From positions 53,464,174 to 53,528,173 of the forward strand of contig NC_057728.1 in NCBI RefSeq assembly GCF_004010195.1: a DNA stretch of 64,000 bases, given 5' to 3'. The notes beneath the pieces were generated by a model that saw nothing but the letters and a program-made list of their open reading frames with translations, was not told the DNA's origin and ran no database searches. Below are positions 37,633 to 51,259 of the stretch, piece after piece. A program made the position numbers and the translations under genes. The stretch is from Chiloscyllium plagiosum (Eukaryota). Each line of letters starts with the position of its first letter. The first letter of the stretch is position 1.

Positions 37633-38246
37633 ACTGCCACTGTGCTGCCCACTACTGAAATGTACTGCTACATTACACTAGTTAGCTATGCCAACAATCA
37701 GTAATGCTAATAGTATTGGCTCACATGTATATGTTAGAAGCAACAACTATTTGCATGTAGGGCCCTGTCCTCTGCAAACATAAGGAACATGTGCACACAT
37801 TGAATGTTTTGCCAGTTCCATGTGCATTCCTCATGGCTATGTCTGCAGCAAAGCCAATTTTTTTGGTTTGAATTTGAATAAAATATAGTCAGTTAACTGT
37901 TCCCTTGACACTTTCTCCACAGCACTGTCTCTACCAATTAGGCTGCACTTGTAAACCAATCAGCACCATCTTCCTTTGCAGTATAAATGATCATTCCCTG
38001 TGAGAACTGATGTTCTTGTGCTGTCCTGATAAGTGCAAGAATGGGTACTGTTCTTATACCAGCTCTTCTTTATATATCATGTATACTGAGTAAAGATTAT
38101 TATAATTAAGTGCAAATTGTACACAGTCACCAACTCTTGATCATTAATCAATTTGTATGACACTTACAAATGAGTACCTGAAATGCACAAGTTATTGCAT
38201 CCATCAAGAATTACAATAGACATTATTGGGCCTATTTGCTTCTCTG

Positions 38247-38386
38247 GGGAGAAAGTGAGGTCTGCAGATGCTGGAGATCAGAGATGGAAATGTGTTCCTG
38301 AAGAAGGGCTAATGCCCGAAACGTCGATTCTCCTGTTCCCTAGATGCTGCCTGACCTGCTGCGCTTTACCAGCAACACATTTCCAT
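38247..38386. mobile_element. Family A HHR element (inverted + direct arm)
   Basis: Perfect 15-bp TSD ctatttgcttctctg at 38232-38246 and 38387-38401; intact CTGAAGA..GAAAC core. Confidence 0.9.
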
Positions 38387-39619
38387 CTATTTGCTTCTCT
38401 GACAATAATAGGTTATATTTATATAGCTTCCTTGAATTAGTAAGACTGCACTAAATAAACTGATTGATTAACTTCATTGATTATTTGATTTAAAACAGCT
38501 GGAGCTACGATATATTATGTATTATGCATTGTAAGTTAGGAAGCAGATCTTACAGTAAAACAACAGATTGGCGTTAAGTACAGCTTGCAGACTCACAGCA
38601 GATTGTCAGACAGAATCGTGACCTTATATATGCAAAGCACATGGAATTGTTGAAAGTGAATTCTCTCAAAGGTAAGATGCATATACAACAATAGAGACAC
38701 TGTCCAAGCTACAAGGCCAATGAGAGGTTTTACAGCTTCTAAGGAACGTCCAGTCACAGCAATGTAAGTAAATGAGCAGGTGTTTCAAACTGAAGTTATC
38801 CTCTCAGTCACTCTCTTTGCAACTTTGATTTCAAAATATAAGACAGTTTTCTGGTATATGGCTCAGTGTGGGTTCATCTCCAACCAGGTGTACAGGGAAC
38901 TGGAGGCCGACTGAAAAGTTACAATCAACCTCCTTGATTAATAAAGCTCTTAATGTGCCGAAGTGACTGTGTGGCTCACAGAGACAGTTGGTTTTCCTGG
39001 GCCAACTGTCAATGTTGAGACAATTCCAGCCAAGCCTCGCCAACATAAAATTGGGGCAATACAACACAACACAATGGAACCATTTTCTGCAATGCTACTT
39101 GACAGGAATTATGCTCTGTTACAGTTCTGAACTTATGCTTATTTATATTCCTTATTAAACTTGCACCAGAGGTAGGGACTCCAAGCAGGAAAATGAAATA
39201 TATAGGACAAACCACACTGAGGACTAATTAAAAGATAGTCTGGGCCAAGCTCATGTGCCAGTGACTAGGAATGCATTGGACTAGTTCCACCCCAATTCAT
39301 GAACTCAGGCAGCTCAACTCTTATGTTGCTGGCTTGTCCTGTTTGGATTATACAGACCTGGGGTGTTGGGCAGGGAGCTGTCCTCGTGTAGTAGTTTAAT
39401 TGTTGGTTATATCCCAATCAGATGCCACAGAAACAGCAACTTAAAATGTATTCATTTTAGATAGTGTTTAAAATTGATATGGAGACCCAAGGTTCCGTGG
39501 AGTACATGTCAAAAAAGAGACCAAAACAAAAGGCACCAGCAAACTATGATACAAATGAAGTTCATGTATTAAAATTGAATACTTCATTCATTAGGAATCT
39601 AGATTATTTATATTCAACG

Positions 39620-40010
39620 GTATTGTGGTAATGTCTCTAAGATACTAGTGCAGCAGCCCAGGCTTATTCTTGGGTGACATGGTTTCAAGCCCAGCCGGGA
39701 AGTTCATGGGATTTAAATTAATTTAATTAAATCTGGAATATAAAGCTAGTCACAGTAATGATGATCATGAAGCCACCATCAATTGTTGTAGATTCCCATC
39801 TAGTTCATTAATATCCTTTACAGAAGGAAATCTGCCATCCTTACTTGGTCTGGCCTATATGTGACTCCAGGCACAAAGCATTCTGTATAACCCTTAAGTG
39901 CCCTCTGATATGGCTGAACAAACCATTAAGTTCAAGTAGCAATTCAGGACAGGCAACAAATGCTAGTCTCGCCGGCAATGCCCTCATCCAGTGAAAGAAT
40001 GAAGTTAAAA
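39620..40010 (+). mobile_element. SINE-like repeat (copies also ~59490-59770 and ~60830-61150)
   Basis: tRNA-like head, shared body (gaaggaaatctgccatccttacttggtctggcct) and LINE-like tail. Confidence 0.65.
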
Positions 40011-40048
40011 AAAATTACTGATAAATTCTGTAACTAACTCCAACTTTA

Positions 40049-40202
40049 AGGCAGCGAGGTCTGCAGATGCTGGAGATCAGAGCTGAGAGTGTGTTGCTGG
40101 AAAAGCACAGCAGGTCAGGCAGCATCCGAGGAGCAGGTAAATTGATTTTCCTGCTCCTCGGATGCTACCTGACCTGCTGTGCTTTTCTAGCAACACATTT
40201 TC
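40049..40202. mobile_element. Family A palindromic element lacking the HHR core
   Basis: 17-bp TSD aactaactccaacttta at 40032-40048 and 40203-40219. Confidence 0.88.
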
Positions 40203-40414
40203 AACTAACTCCAACTTTACTCCGATCCAAATACTGGCTTTGTGCAAATTCTGAATTTTAATCATCTCAGATATAAAAGGTTTAAACACTGATATCTCCT
40301 CCTTGACCCTTTCCTTCTCCTTATCTCTGTCTCCTCCTTTAAGATGTTCCTCAATACGTGCATTTAACTGAATGTTAGCTCATCAGTCCTAATATTTCCT
40401 CATGACCTGATCTT

Positions 40415-41252
40415 AGACTTGCCGATCAGATATCCTATATAAATCTAGTCCCATTTGCCAGCATTTGGCCCATATCCCTCCAAACACTTTCTATTCATAT
40501 ACCCATTTAGATGCCTTTCATACATTTTAAATGAACCAGTCTCCACCACTTCCTCTGGCAGCTCATTCCATTTGCACACCTCCCTCTGCATGAAAAAGTT
40601 GCCCCTTAGGTCCCATTTATATGTTTCCCTTCTCCCCTAAAACCTATGCCTTTTAGCTTTGGACACCCTCACCCTGGGGATAAGATCTTGCCTATTCGTC
40701 CTATCCATGCAGCTCATGATTTTATAAACCTCTATAAGGTCACCGCTCAGTCTCTAATGGTCCAGGGAAAATAGCTCCAGCCTAGCCCCCCCAGGATGGG
40801 TTGGAGGTCACTTACGTGGTCAGGTGAGTCACTGTTTCTTGCTCAACTCCACCCCTCATCGCGCCAGCTGAACGGCCACTTCACTAATCTACTTTTTTTA
40901 TAAAGCAAAGAATGCAGCAGATCTGACACAAAAATGAAATCTTTTCCCTGGGGTGGGGGAGTCCAGAACTAGAGAGCATAGGTTTAGGGTGAGAGGGGAA
41001 AGATATAAAAGAGATCCAAGCGGCAGATTTTTCGCGCAGAAGGCAGTGTGTGTATGGAATGAGCTGCTAGATGAAGTGGTGGAGGCTGGTACAATTACAG
41101 CATTTAAAAGGCATATGAATAGGAAAGGTTTAGAGGGATATGGGCCAAGTGCTGACAAATGGGACTAGATTAGGTTGGGATATCTGGTCGGCATGGACAA
41201 GTTGAACTGAAGGGTCTATTTCTGTGCTGTATATCTCTATGACTCTGACTCT
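40415..41252. mobile_element. Two CR1 3' fragments in opposite orientation (40415-40785 minus, 40935-41252 plus)
   Basis: Mutually complementary CR1 3' sequences. Confidence 0.85.
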
Positions 41253-43274
41253 AAAACTAGAAATTGCTGGAAAATTTCAGCTGATCTAGCAGTACTTATG
41301 GAGAGAAATCAGAGTTAACGTTGGGGTCCAGTGCCCCTTCTCGACTTCTCCTTTTGTTCTACTCGTTCCCCTGCGGGTACTTCCTCTAAAAATGTGAGCG
41401 TTCCATTGACATTTTTCGTTGTCCGGTTGAAGCATGTTAAGATATGCGTATGCACAGGTAGGACTTGAATACAGGCTTCCCAGCTCAGAGGAAGGATGCT
41501 CTCACTGTGCCCCCAGTGGTGTGCCTTTATATCTCCTTTAAATCTCAAAATTTCCCCTATGCCATCGTCACTTCAGAAATGCATCAGCAAAATTGCCCCC
41601 AGCAAACACACTATCTGCAACATGATAACAACCCAGATCACCAGTCTTCATTATGTCGATGATGATATTTGATCATTATCATGCTGATAACTATCAGGGC
41701 CAGAGTACAATCGGGGGACATGTGTGACAGCACACTGGTTCATTTTCAATATTAAGTCTTTTCTGTGTCTACTACAGAGGGTAGACAGGCTACAATTTAA
41801 TGGCTCATTAAAGAGGCAGTACTTGTGGTAGCACAGCACCCCTTCCGTACCACACTAGGTCATTAAAACTGGTTTGCATATCCGAATTTTTCATAGTTCT
41901 TCCATTAAAATCACCTTTCACAGCTGCTGCCTGAATATTTCTGATATTTTCGTTTTACATTTGCTACTTTACTCATCGAGCTGCAAATTATACTTGTATG
42001 TACATGCACAATACAGGATGATTATTTGCAGGAGAGCATTAAATGGCATTTTTCATGCAGATTGCATTTTTAAAATCTTTTGCAGAGCAAGTTGTTGAAA
42101 GTGTTGTATGATAATGTCAGAGTGAGGAGAAGCATTCTAGGACTTGAGTGAACAGGGTCAATTGTACTTACTTAACCAGCAGATTTAATTACCTTTTTCC
42201 AGTCCAATCTTTCAATATAAAATCAGGCACATAAGAGAAAATGAAGGAATCTGCATATTCTGCTCAAAACCCCTGAAGCCATTTTACCTCCTTACCTTAA
42301 TCATGCAAAATAATCAGTACATCATCCAGTTTTGATTCTTAAAACATGGTTAACTGCAACTTTTTGTAGTGGCATTTTAGGAAATTTCAGGAAAATCTTG
42401 CTACAAATAATGTTTTTATGTGCATTTTTTCATTATTAAAAGAATGCAGATAAATGCATAACAGCAAATTTGAAGACACCCATCATATTAAAAGAGCACT
42501 TTGCTTTAAGTATCATACTAAAATAAGGTGAGACCAGTAGTAAAGGTGTCATGCATATATCAGGAAGTAAATGATCCATGTTCACTATTATATGTACTCA
42601 AAGTCCTAGAATTCAATATACATTCTGGTTCAATCTTATAAAATTGATAACATTTTGTTTGAAGGAGGCAATGCATGATATAATTTAACATCAGAAATTG
42701 GGTTGGGATATCTGGTCGGCATGGATGGGTTGGACGAAGGGTCTGTTTCCATGCTGTACATCTCTATGACTCTATGACTCTATTCAGCCAGACCTACTGA
42801 GATTTCAAGTAATTTCTGTTTTGGTCCATCCAAAGATGATGGTTTTGATAGAAGTGAATGGCTTGCTCGGCCATTTCAGGAGCCTGGATCCATATAGAGA
42901 ATAGTACAGCTAATGAATTATTTCTCTAAATTCTCGACAGTATTGAACCACTTATTTATTTAGCAGAAAATACCAGTGCCCGAGGAAAATTACCCTCAAT
43001 AGAGCCTTTAATTGACTGTCTGCCCCTGGTCTTCCCACTCCCCTTTCTCCCCTGTGATCTCCTAATGCCCAAGACTGCTAAAATCCCACCCTATATTTCA
43101 GGACAGACCAGGCCAGGCTCTTGGATTACTGGTCCAGTGACTATTCTATCAGTGCCCTGGGTGGTACAGGATGTTTAATTATTTACTCTGAATCCAAATT
43201 GTACCAAATGGAAAGTCTTGGTTGTACAGAGCTTGAGCACTGCTTTAAAAAAAAGAGAAATGGTTTTGAAACTT

Positions 43275-44260
43275 TTACATAGGAATGTGGAGCAGGACAA
43301 GGCCATTTAGTCCTCGGAGCCTGTTTGTCCATTCAATAAACCATGGTTGATCTGATTTCAACCTTAAATCCACATTCCTGTCTAGCTCTGATCATCTTTT
43401 CACCTATTGTTAACAAGAATCTGTCTACCTCTCCCTTAAAAATACTCAAGGACTCCCTGTTTCCACCAGCTTTTCAGGAAGAGACCTCCAAAAACTCAAG
43501 GCCGTCTGTGTTAAAGGATATATTTTTAAAATATGACTTCCTATTCCCAGATTCTTCCACAAAAAGAAACATCCCTTTCCACATTCACCATGTGAAAACC
43601 GTTCATGTATGTTTTATTGATCTTATATGTTTCAACCATGTCACCTTTTACTCTCCTAAATTCCAGCAGTCTTGCTTGTCCAACTTTTCCCCATATTACA
43701 ACCCAGCCATTCGAGGTATTAGTCCGATAAACATTGAACTGCTTCCAATGCATTTATAGCCTTCCTTAAATAAAGTGACCAATACTGTATTCAGTACTGC
43801 AGCTGTGATGTCACCAGTGCTTTGTCTAACTAAAACATAACCTCCCCCTACATACTTAAGTACTTGATTCCTATTGCAATAAATGAGAACATTCTATTAG
43901 TTTTCCAAATTACTGACTGTAGCTGCATTCTAACATCTTGTGCATGAGGGTACTCAGATCCCTCTGCATCCTGGATTTCTGCAATGTCTCCCAATTTAGA
44001 TAATATGCTGCTTTTTTTCATTCTTCCTGCCAAAATGAATGATTTTGCATTTTCCAATGTTATACTCCATTTGCTAGATCTTTGCCCATTCACTTAACCA
44101 ATCTATGTATTTTTGTGGTTTCCTTATGCCTTCTTCACAACTTACTTTCCTAACTATCCATGTATCATCAGCAAATTTGGTGACTATACCCTTCGTCCAA
44201 GTCATTTATATAAACTTATATGAATTTATATAAATTGAGGTACTAACACCATTGTGGCAT
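43275..44260 (-). mobile_element. Degenerate CR1 3' fragment
   Basis: EFRRVKGDMVETYK and decayed FADD. Confidence 0.8.
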
Positions 44261-44682
44261 ATGAAAGGAAAGGCTAGTAGGTCTAGGGAATGCTGGATGA
44301 TGAGAGAAATTTAGGGTTTGGTTAAGAAAAAGAAGGAAGCATATGTCAGATATAGACAGAATAGATCGAGTGAATCCTTAGAAAAGTATAAAGACAGTAG
44401 GAGTATACTTAAGAGGGAAATCAGGAGGGCAAAAAGGGGACATGAGCTAGCTTTGGCAAATAGGGTTAAGGAGAATCCAAAGGGTTTTTACAAATACATT
44501 AAGGACAAAAGGGTAACTAGGGAAAGAATAGGGCCCCTCAAAGATCAGCAAGGCGGCCTTTGTGTGAAGCCGCAGGAGATGGGGGAGATACTAAACGAGT
44601 ATTATGCATCAGTGTTTCCTATGGAAAAGGATATGGAAGATATAGAATGTAGGGGGAAAATAGATGGTGACATCTATTGAGT

Positions 44683-44817
44683 GGGCGGCACGGTGGCACA
44701 GTGGTTAGCACTGCTGCCTCACAGCGCAAGAGACCTGGGTTCAATTCCTGCCACAGGCGACTGACTGTGTGGAGTTTGCACGTTCTCCCCGTGTCTGCGT
44801 GGGTTTCCTCCGGGTGC
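44683..44817 (+). mobile_element. HE1-type SINE 5' part (cut by gap)
   Basis: gggcggcacggtggcacagtggttagc head. Confidence 0.88.
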
Positions 44818-45479
44818 NNNNNNNNNNNNNNNNNNNNNNNNNNNNNNNNNNNNNNNNNNNNNNNNNNNNNNNNNNNNNNNNNNNNNNNNNNNNNNNNNNN
44901 NNNNNNNNNNNNNNNNNNNNNNNNNNNNNNNNNNNNNNNNNNNNNNNNNNNNNNNNNNNNNNNNNNNNNNNNNNNNNNNNNNNNNNNNNNNNNNNNNNNN
45001 NNNNNNNNNNNNNNNNNNNNNNNNNNNNNNNNNNNNNNNNNNNNNNNNNNNNNNNNNNNNNNNNNNNNNNNNNNNNNNNNNNNNNNNNNNNNNNNNNNNN
45101 NNNNNNNNNNNNNNNNNNNNNNNNNNNNNNNNNNNNNNNNNNNNNNNNNNNNNNNNNNNNNNNNNNNNNNNNNNNNNNNNNNNNNNNNNNNNNNNNNNNN
45201 NNNNNNNNNNNNNNNNNNNNNNNNNNNNNNNNNNNNNNNNNNNNNNNNNNNNNNNNNNNNNNNNNNNNNNNNNNNNNNNNNNNNNNNNNNNNNNNNNNNN
45301 NNNNNNNNNNNNNNNNNNNNNNNNNNNNNNNNNNNNNNNNNNNNNNNNNNNNNNNNNNNNNNNNNNNNNNNNNNNNNNNNNNNNNNNNNNNNNNNNNNNN
45401 NNNNNNNNNNNNNNNNNNNNNNNNNNNNNNNNNNNNNNNNNNNNNNNNNNNNNNNNNNNNNNNNNNNNNNNNNNNNNNN
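44818..45479. other. Assembly gap (N)
   Basis: Run of N. Confidence 1.
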
Positions 45480-46710
45480 CATTTTGGGAAAGCAAATCTT
45501 AGCAGGACTTATACACTTAATGGTAAGGTCCTAGGGAGTATTGCTGAACAAAGAGACCTTGGAGTGCAGGTTCATAGCTCCTTGAAAGTAGAGTTGCAGA
45601 TAGATAGGATAGTGAAGAAGGCATTTGGTATGCTTTCCTTTATTGGTCAGAGTATTGAGTAAAGGAGTGGGGAGATCATGTTGCGGCTGTACAGGACATT
45701 GGTTAGGCCACTGTTGGAATATTGCATGCAATTCTGGTCTCCTTCCTATCGGAAGGATGTCGTGAAACTTGAAAGGGTTCAGAAAAGATTTACAAGGATG
45801 TTACCAGGGTTGGAGGGTTTAAGGTATAGCCAGAGGTTGAATAGGCTAGGGCTGTTTTCCCTGGTGTGTCGGAGGCTGAGGGGTGACCTTATAGAGGTTT
45901 ATAAAATCATGAGTAAGTAGACAAAGTCTTTTCCCTGGGGTGGGGAAGTTCAGAACTAGAGGGCATAGGTTTAGGGTGAGAGGGGAAAGATATAAAAGAG
46001 ACCTAAGGGGCAACATATTCATATAGAGGGTGGTGCATGTATGGAATGAGCTTCCAGAGGAAGTGGTGGAGGCTGCAACAATTGCAACAGTTAAAAGGCA
46101 TCTGGATGGGTAGATGAATAGGAAGGGTTTGGAGGGATATGGGCTGGGTGCTGGCAAATCAGACTAGATTAAGTTGGGATATCTGGTCAGCACTGGCGAG
46201 TTGGACTAAAGGGTCTGTTTCCATGCTATACATCTCTATGACTCTGACTCATTTTCTCTTGCCAATCAGAAAAAGATGCATTATGACCATAAGATCATGT
46301 GATATATAGGAGCAAAGTTAGGCCCTTTGGCCCATTGAGTTATCTCCACCATTTGATTGTGGCTAATATACTTCTCTACCCAATACTCTGCCTTCTCCCC
46401 ATAACTCTCGATCCCGTTACCAGTAAAGAACATATCTATGTCTGTCTTAAATACACTGAATGACGTGGCCTCCACAGCATTCTGTAATTATGAGTTCCAC
46501 AGATTTAAGATCATCTCGCTGAGGAAATTCCTCCTCATTTCAGTTCTAAAGCCTTCTCAAAATGAATGCTAACATGCATTTGCCTTCCTAACAGCCAATT
46601 GAACTTGCATGTTGACCTTAAGAGAATTCTGAACTAGAACTCCAAGTGCCTTTGTGCTTCCGATTTCTGAGGCCTTTTTCCATTTGAAAAATAGACTATG
46701 CCTCTATTCT

Positions 46711-46915
46711 GGCCGAAAGTGAGGACTGCAAATGCTGGAGATTAGAGTTGAGAGTGTGGTGCTGGAAAAGCACAGCAGGTCAATCAGCATCCGAGGAGCA
46801 GGCGAATCAATGTTTCAGGCAAAAGTTCTTCATCCTGATGAAGGACTTTGCCCTAAATGTCAATTCTCCTGCTCCTCAGATGCTGCCTGACCTGATGTGC
46901 TTTTCCAGTACCATG
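46711..46915. mobile_element. Family A palindromic HHR element
   Basis: 15-bp TSD ctatgcctctattct at 46696-46710 and 46916-46930; centre cttcatcctgatgaagg. Confidence 0.88.
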
Positions 46916-48620
46916 CTATGCCTCTATTCTTCCTATCAAAGTGCATAACCTCATGTTTCCCAAAGTTTCCACATTGCATTCCATCTGCCACTTCATTGCC
47001 CACTCTCCCAGTCTGTCCAAACCCTTCTGCAGCCTCTCTGCTTTCTCAACATTAGCTGTCCCTCTCCTTAACTTGGTGTCATCTGCAAACCTAGCAACAA
47101 TTACCTCAGTTCCTTTGTCCAGATAATTAATGTATGAATTGAATACATGCGGTCCCAACACTGACCCCTACAAAACTCCACTAATCACTGGCTACCATCC
47201 TAAAAAAGAACTCTTTATCCCCACTCACTGCCTTCCACCAGTCAGCCAATCCTCTATTCATGCCAGTACCTTACTCCAACTTATTTAGCAGCCTCCTGTG
47301 TGACACTTTGTGAAAGACCTTCTGAAAATCCAAATAGATCACGTCCACTGGCTCTCCTTTGTCGAACTAGCTTATCTCCTCAAAGAATTCCAATAGATTT
47401 GTCAGGCATGACCTCCTCTTGAAAAAGCCATGCTGACTCAGCACGATTTTCATGCACTTCCAAGTACTCCACAATCTCATCCTTAACAATGGATTCTAAA
47501 ACCTGATCAACCATTCAGGTCAGGTTAACCGGCCTATGATTCTTCACCTTCTGCCTCCCTCCCTTCTTAAACAGGGCTGTTACATTAGCCATTTTCCAGT
47601 TCACTGGGACCCTCATTCCAGTTAATCCGGAAGGATCATCACCAATGCCTCCACAATCTCCTCAGTTATCTTCTTCAGAACTTTGTGGTAGAGTTCATCC
47701 AGTCTGGATGATTTATTCACCTCAGACTTTTCAGTTTCCTTCGTACCTTCTCCTTGTGATGGCCACTACACTCAGCTCTGCCCTTGACTCTCTTAAAGTT
47801 CTGGCATGCTGCTGGTGTCTTCCATTGTGAAGACTGATGCAAAGTATCTGTTCAGTTCCTCAACCATTTCTTTGCTCCCTATTACGACTTCTCCAGTCTC
47901 ACTTTCCAGTAGTCCAATGTCAACTGTTGCCTTTCTCTTACCATTTATATATCTAAAAAAACTCTTGCAATATTCTTTTAAATTATTAGCTAGATTACCT
48001 TCATATTTTATCCTCTTCCCTCTAATTGAACAAAGTACAAAGAAAAAAGAACAGTACAGCACAGGAACAGGCCCTTCAGCTCACCTCACTTCTCCCAACA
48101 CATGAAGCTTTTCTAAACTAAAAACCTTTTGCTTCTATAGTCTGTATCCCTCCATTCCCTGCCCACTCATGTATCTGTCAAGGTGCCTCTTAAACATTGC
48201 TATTGTATCTGCTTCCACCTCCTCCTCTGGCAGTGCATTGCAGGCACTTGCTACACTCTCTGTCAAGAACCTGCCTCTTTTGCCTCTTTTAAATTTCCCC
48301 CCTTTTATCAGAAACCTATATCCCTGAGTAATTGACATTTCTAACCTGAAGAAAGACACCGACTGTCAATTCTACTTTGTAAGCTTTTATCAGGTCTCAC
48401 CTCATCCTTCAACATTCAAGTGAACACAAACCAAGTTTGTCCAATCTCTCTTCATAGCCATTACCCTTCAAAGCAGGCAACATCCTGGTAAACCTGTCTG
48501 TACCATCTCCAAAGCCTCAACATCCTTCTGGGAATGTAGCAACCAAAATTGTATGAAATATTCCAAATGTGGCATAACTAAAGTTCTATACAGCTACAAC
48601 ACAACTGATCAATTTTTATA

Positions 48621-48854
48621 AAGTAAAAACTGAAAGAACTGTGGATGCTGTAAATCAGAAACAAAAACAGAAATTGCTGGAAAAGCTCAGCAGGTCTGGC
48701 AGCATCTGTGGAGAGATGTCAAAGTTAACATTTCAGAGCAGCCCTTTCAGAAATTCTGAGGAAGGGTCATTCAACCTGAAATGTTAACTCTGATTTCCCT
48801 GCACAGATGCTGCCAGGCCTGCTGAGCTTTTCCAGCAGTTTCTATTTTTGTTAC
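48621..48854. mobile_element. Family C palindromic element
   Basis: 11-bp TSD caatttttata at 48610-48620 and 48855-48865; inverted arms. Confidence 0.85.
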
Positions 48855-50589
48855 CAATTTTTATACTCTCTGATCTGACTAATGAAGGCAAGCAAGCGAT
48901 TGCCCTCTTGACCATCTTATCCACTTGTGTTGCCACTTTCGGGGAACTTGGACATGTACGCTTAGATCCCTGTATGTTTATGCTTCTAACAGTTGTGCCA
49001 TTTACTGTATATATCGCCTCTGCATTAGACTTTCCAAAATGCATTATCTCACATTTGTCCAAAATACATTCTATGTGCTATTTTTCTGCCCTAGTCTCTA
49101 GCCTATTTATATCTTGCTGTATCCTCAGACAGTGCCCTTCACAATCCACAGCTCCCCAAATCTTTGTGTCATCCACAAACTTACGATTAAATCACCTCCA
49201 TTCTCCTTCAGATCTTTTATATATATATTACAAACAACATGGATTCCTGCACCAATCTCTATGGAACACCACTGCTCAGGATCTCCAGTCAGAAAAACAC
49301 CATTCCACTGCTACTCTCTACCTTCTACGACCAAGTCAGTTCTGTATCCCTCTTATTAGCTCACAGACAATCCCATGTGACATCACCTTCTGTATCAGCC
49401 TGCTATGAGGGATCTTATTAAAGGCCTTGTTTATGTCCATAAGACAACGTCCACCACCCTGCCCTCATCAATCATCTTTGTCACTTCCTCAATCGAATTT
49501 ACGATACATGACCTCCCCTGCACAAAGCCACGCTGCCTATCACTAATAACTCCATATGTTTCCAAATATGTTTTTTTTTCAGCTTACCTCTGCTGGTTTT
49601 TAAAAGTTTCACAATCCTCTGGACTCTCAATAATCTTCACATTGTATGCTATTTCTTTTGCTTTTATGCTGTGCCTGATTTCCCTCATCTTCCCCTTAAT
49701 ATGTCTTCTTCCTTGGGATAAATTTTTGCCTCCTGAATTACCCCCATAAAGACCTGCTGCTCCACCATCTTCCCGGTTAGGCTCCCTTCCAATCAACTCT
49801 GACCAGCTCCTCTCTCATGGCTTTGTAGTTAACTTTACTTAATTATAATACAGTTACACCTGATTCCAGCCTCTCCCCCTCAAACTGCAGAGTGAATTCT
49901 ATCACATTAATGTCCCTGCCCTCTGGGGGTTCTTTCACTTTAAGCTCCTCATCAAATCTGCCTCATTATGTATCACCAAATCCAGAAATGCCTGTTCCCT
50001 AGTGGGCTCTACCACAAGTTGCTCCAAAAAAACCATAACATATGTATTCCACAAGATCACCCTGATTTTCTCAGTCCACTTGCATATTAACACCCCCCAT
50101 AATTATTGTAACAGCGTCTTTCTTACATTCCTTCCTATCTCCTGATTTATTTTCCGCCACACATCCTCACCAATGCTTGGGGGCCTGTATATAATTCCCA
50201 TCAGGATCATTTTACCTTTGTGGGTTCTCAACTCTAGTCAAATTAATTTTAAGCCTTCTGATCCTATAACCATTGATACACAATTTCTGTTTCCTGTTAG
50301 CCAGCAAATCTTCTAACTATGCCAGCTTGTTACACCTATATCATGAGCTTTCCATAATAACCTTTGATGCGACATTTCATCAAATGCCTTCTCGAAAGCT
50401 AAGTACAGTACCTCCACTGGTTTCCCTTTATCCACAGTGTATGTTACTTCCTCAAAGAACTCCAAGAGAATAATTAAACATGATTTCCCTTTCTCAAAAC
50501 CATACTGACTCTATTTGATTATCTTAAACTTATCTAAGTGCTCTGCTAATACTTCTTTAATAATAGCTACTAACATTCTCTTTCTAACA

Positions 50590-51089
50590 NNNNNNNNNNN
50601 NNNNNNNNNNNNNNNNNNNNNNNNNNNNNNNNNNNNNNNNNNNNNNNNNNNNNNNNNNNNNNNNNNNNNNNNNNNNNNNNNNNNNNNNNNNNNNNNNNNN
50701 NNNNNNNNNNNNNNNNNNNNNNNNNNNNNNNNNNNNNNNNNNNNNNNNNNNNNNNNNNNNNNNNNNNNNNNNNNNNNNNNNNNNNNNNNNNNNNNNNNNN
50801 NNNNNNNNNNNNNNNNNNNNNNNNNNNNNNNNNNNNNNNNNNNNNNNNNNNNNNNNNNNNNNNNNNNNNNNNNNNNNNNNNNNNNNNNNNNNNNNNNNNN
50901 NNNNNNNNNNNNNNNNNNNNNNNNNNNNNNNNNNNNNNNNNNNNNNNNNNNNNNNNNNNNNNNNNNNNNNNNNNNNNNNNNNNNNNNNNNNNNNNNNNNN
51001 NNNNNNNNNNNNNNNNNNNNNNNNNNNNNNNNNNNNNNNNNNNNNNNNNNNNNNNNNNNNNNNNNNNNNNNNNNNNNNNNNNNNNNNNN
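50590..51089. other. Assembly gap (N)
   Basis: Run of N. Confidence 1.
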
Positions 51090-51259
51090 CCCAGGTCCTT
51101 CAACATGCTTTTATCACCCAAATCTGTGCCCATCTTTCCAAGAATTCTAAGTTTGAATTCTACATTAGGTTCTGCCCCTGAAACTATCACAAAAAAGCTC
51201 TAACCAAAATCATAAATGAGATCTATGTTCCTCTAAACATGTATCTTTTCCTCCTGCAC

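Larger units (their letters stand above)
44265..46250 (+). mobile_element. CR1 ORF2 fragments with a nested SINE and gap
   Basis: KENPKGFYKYIKDK, LEYCMQFWSP, RLRGDLIEVYK, CR1 tail. Confidence 0.9.
46280..50589 (-). mobile_element. Nested CR1 LINE fragments
   Basis: ARFADDTKL, KSFFRYING and a second CR1 3' end at ~48030-49560 inside the first. Confidence 0.85.

Noticed and set aside
42200..42320. Frame encoding ENEGICIFCSKPLKPF as an exon
   Set aside because: Weak donor and no recognisable homology; insufficient support.
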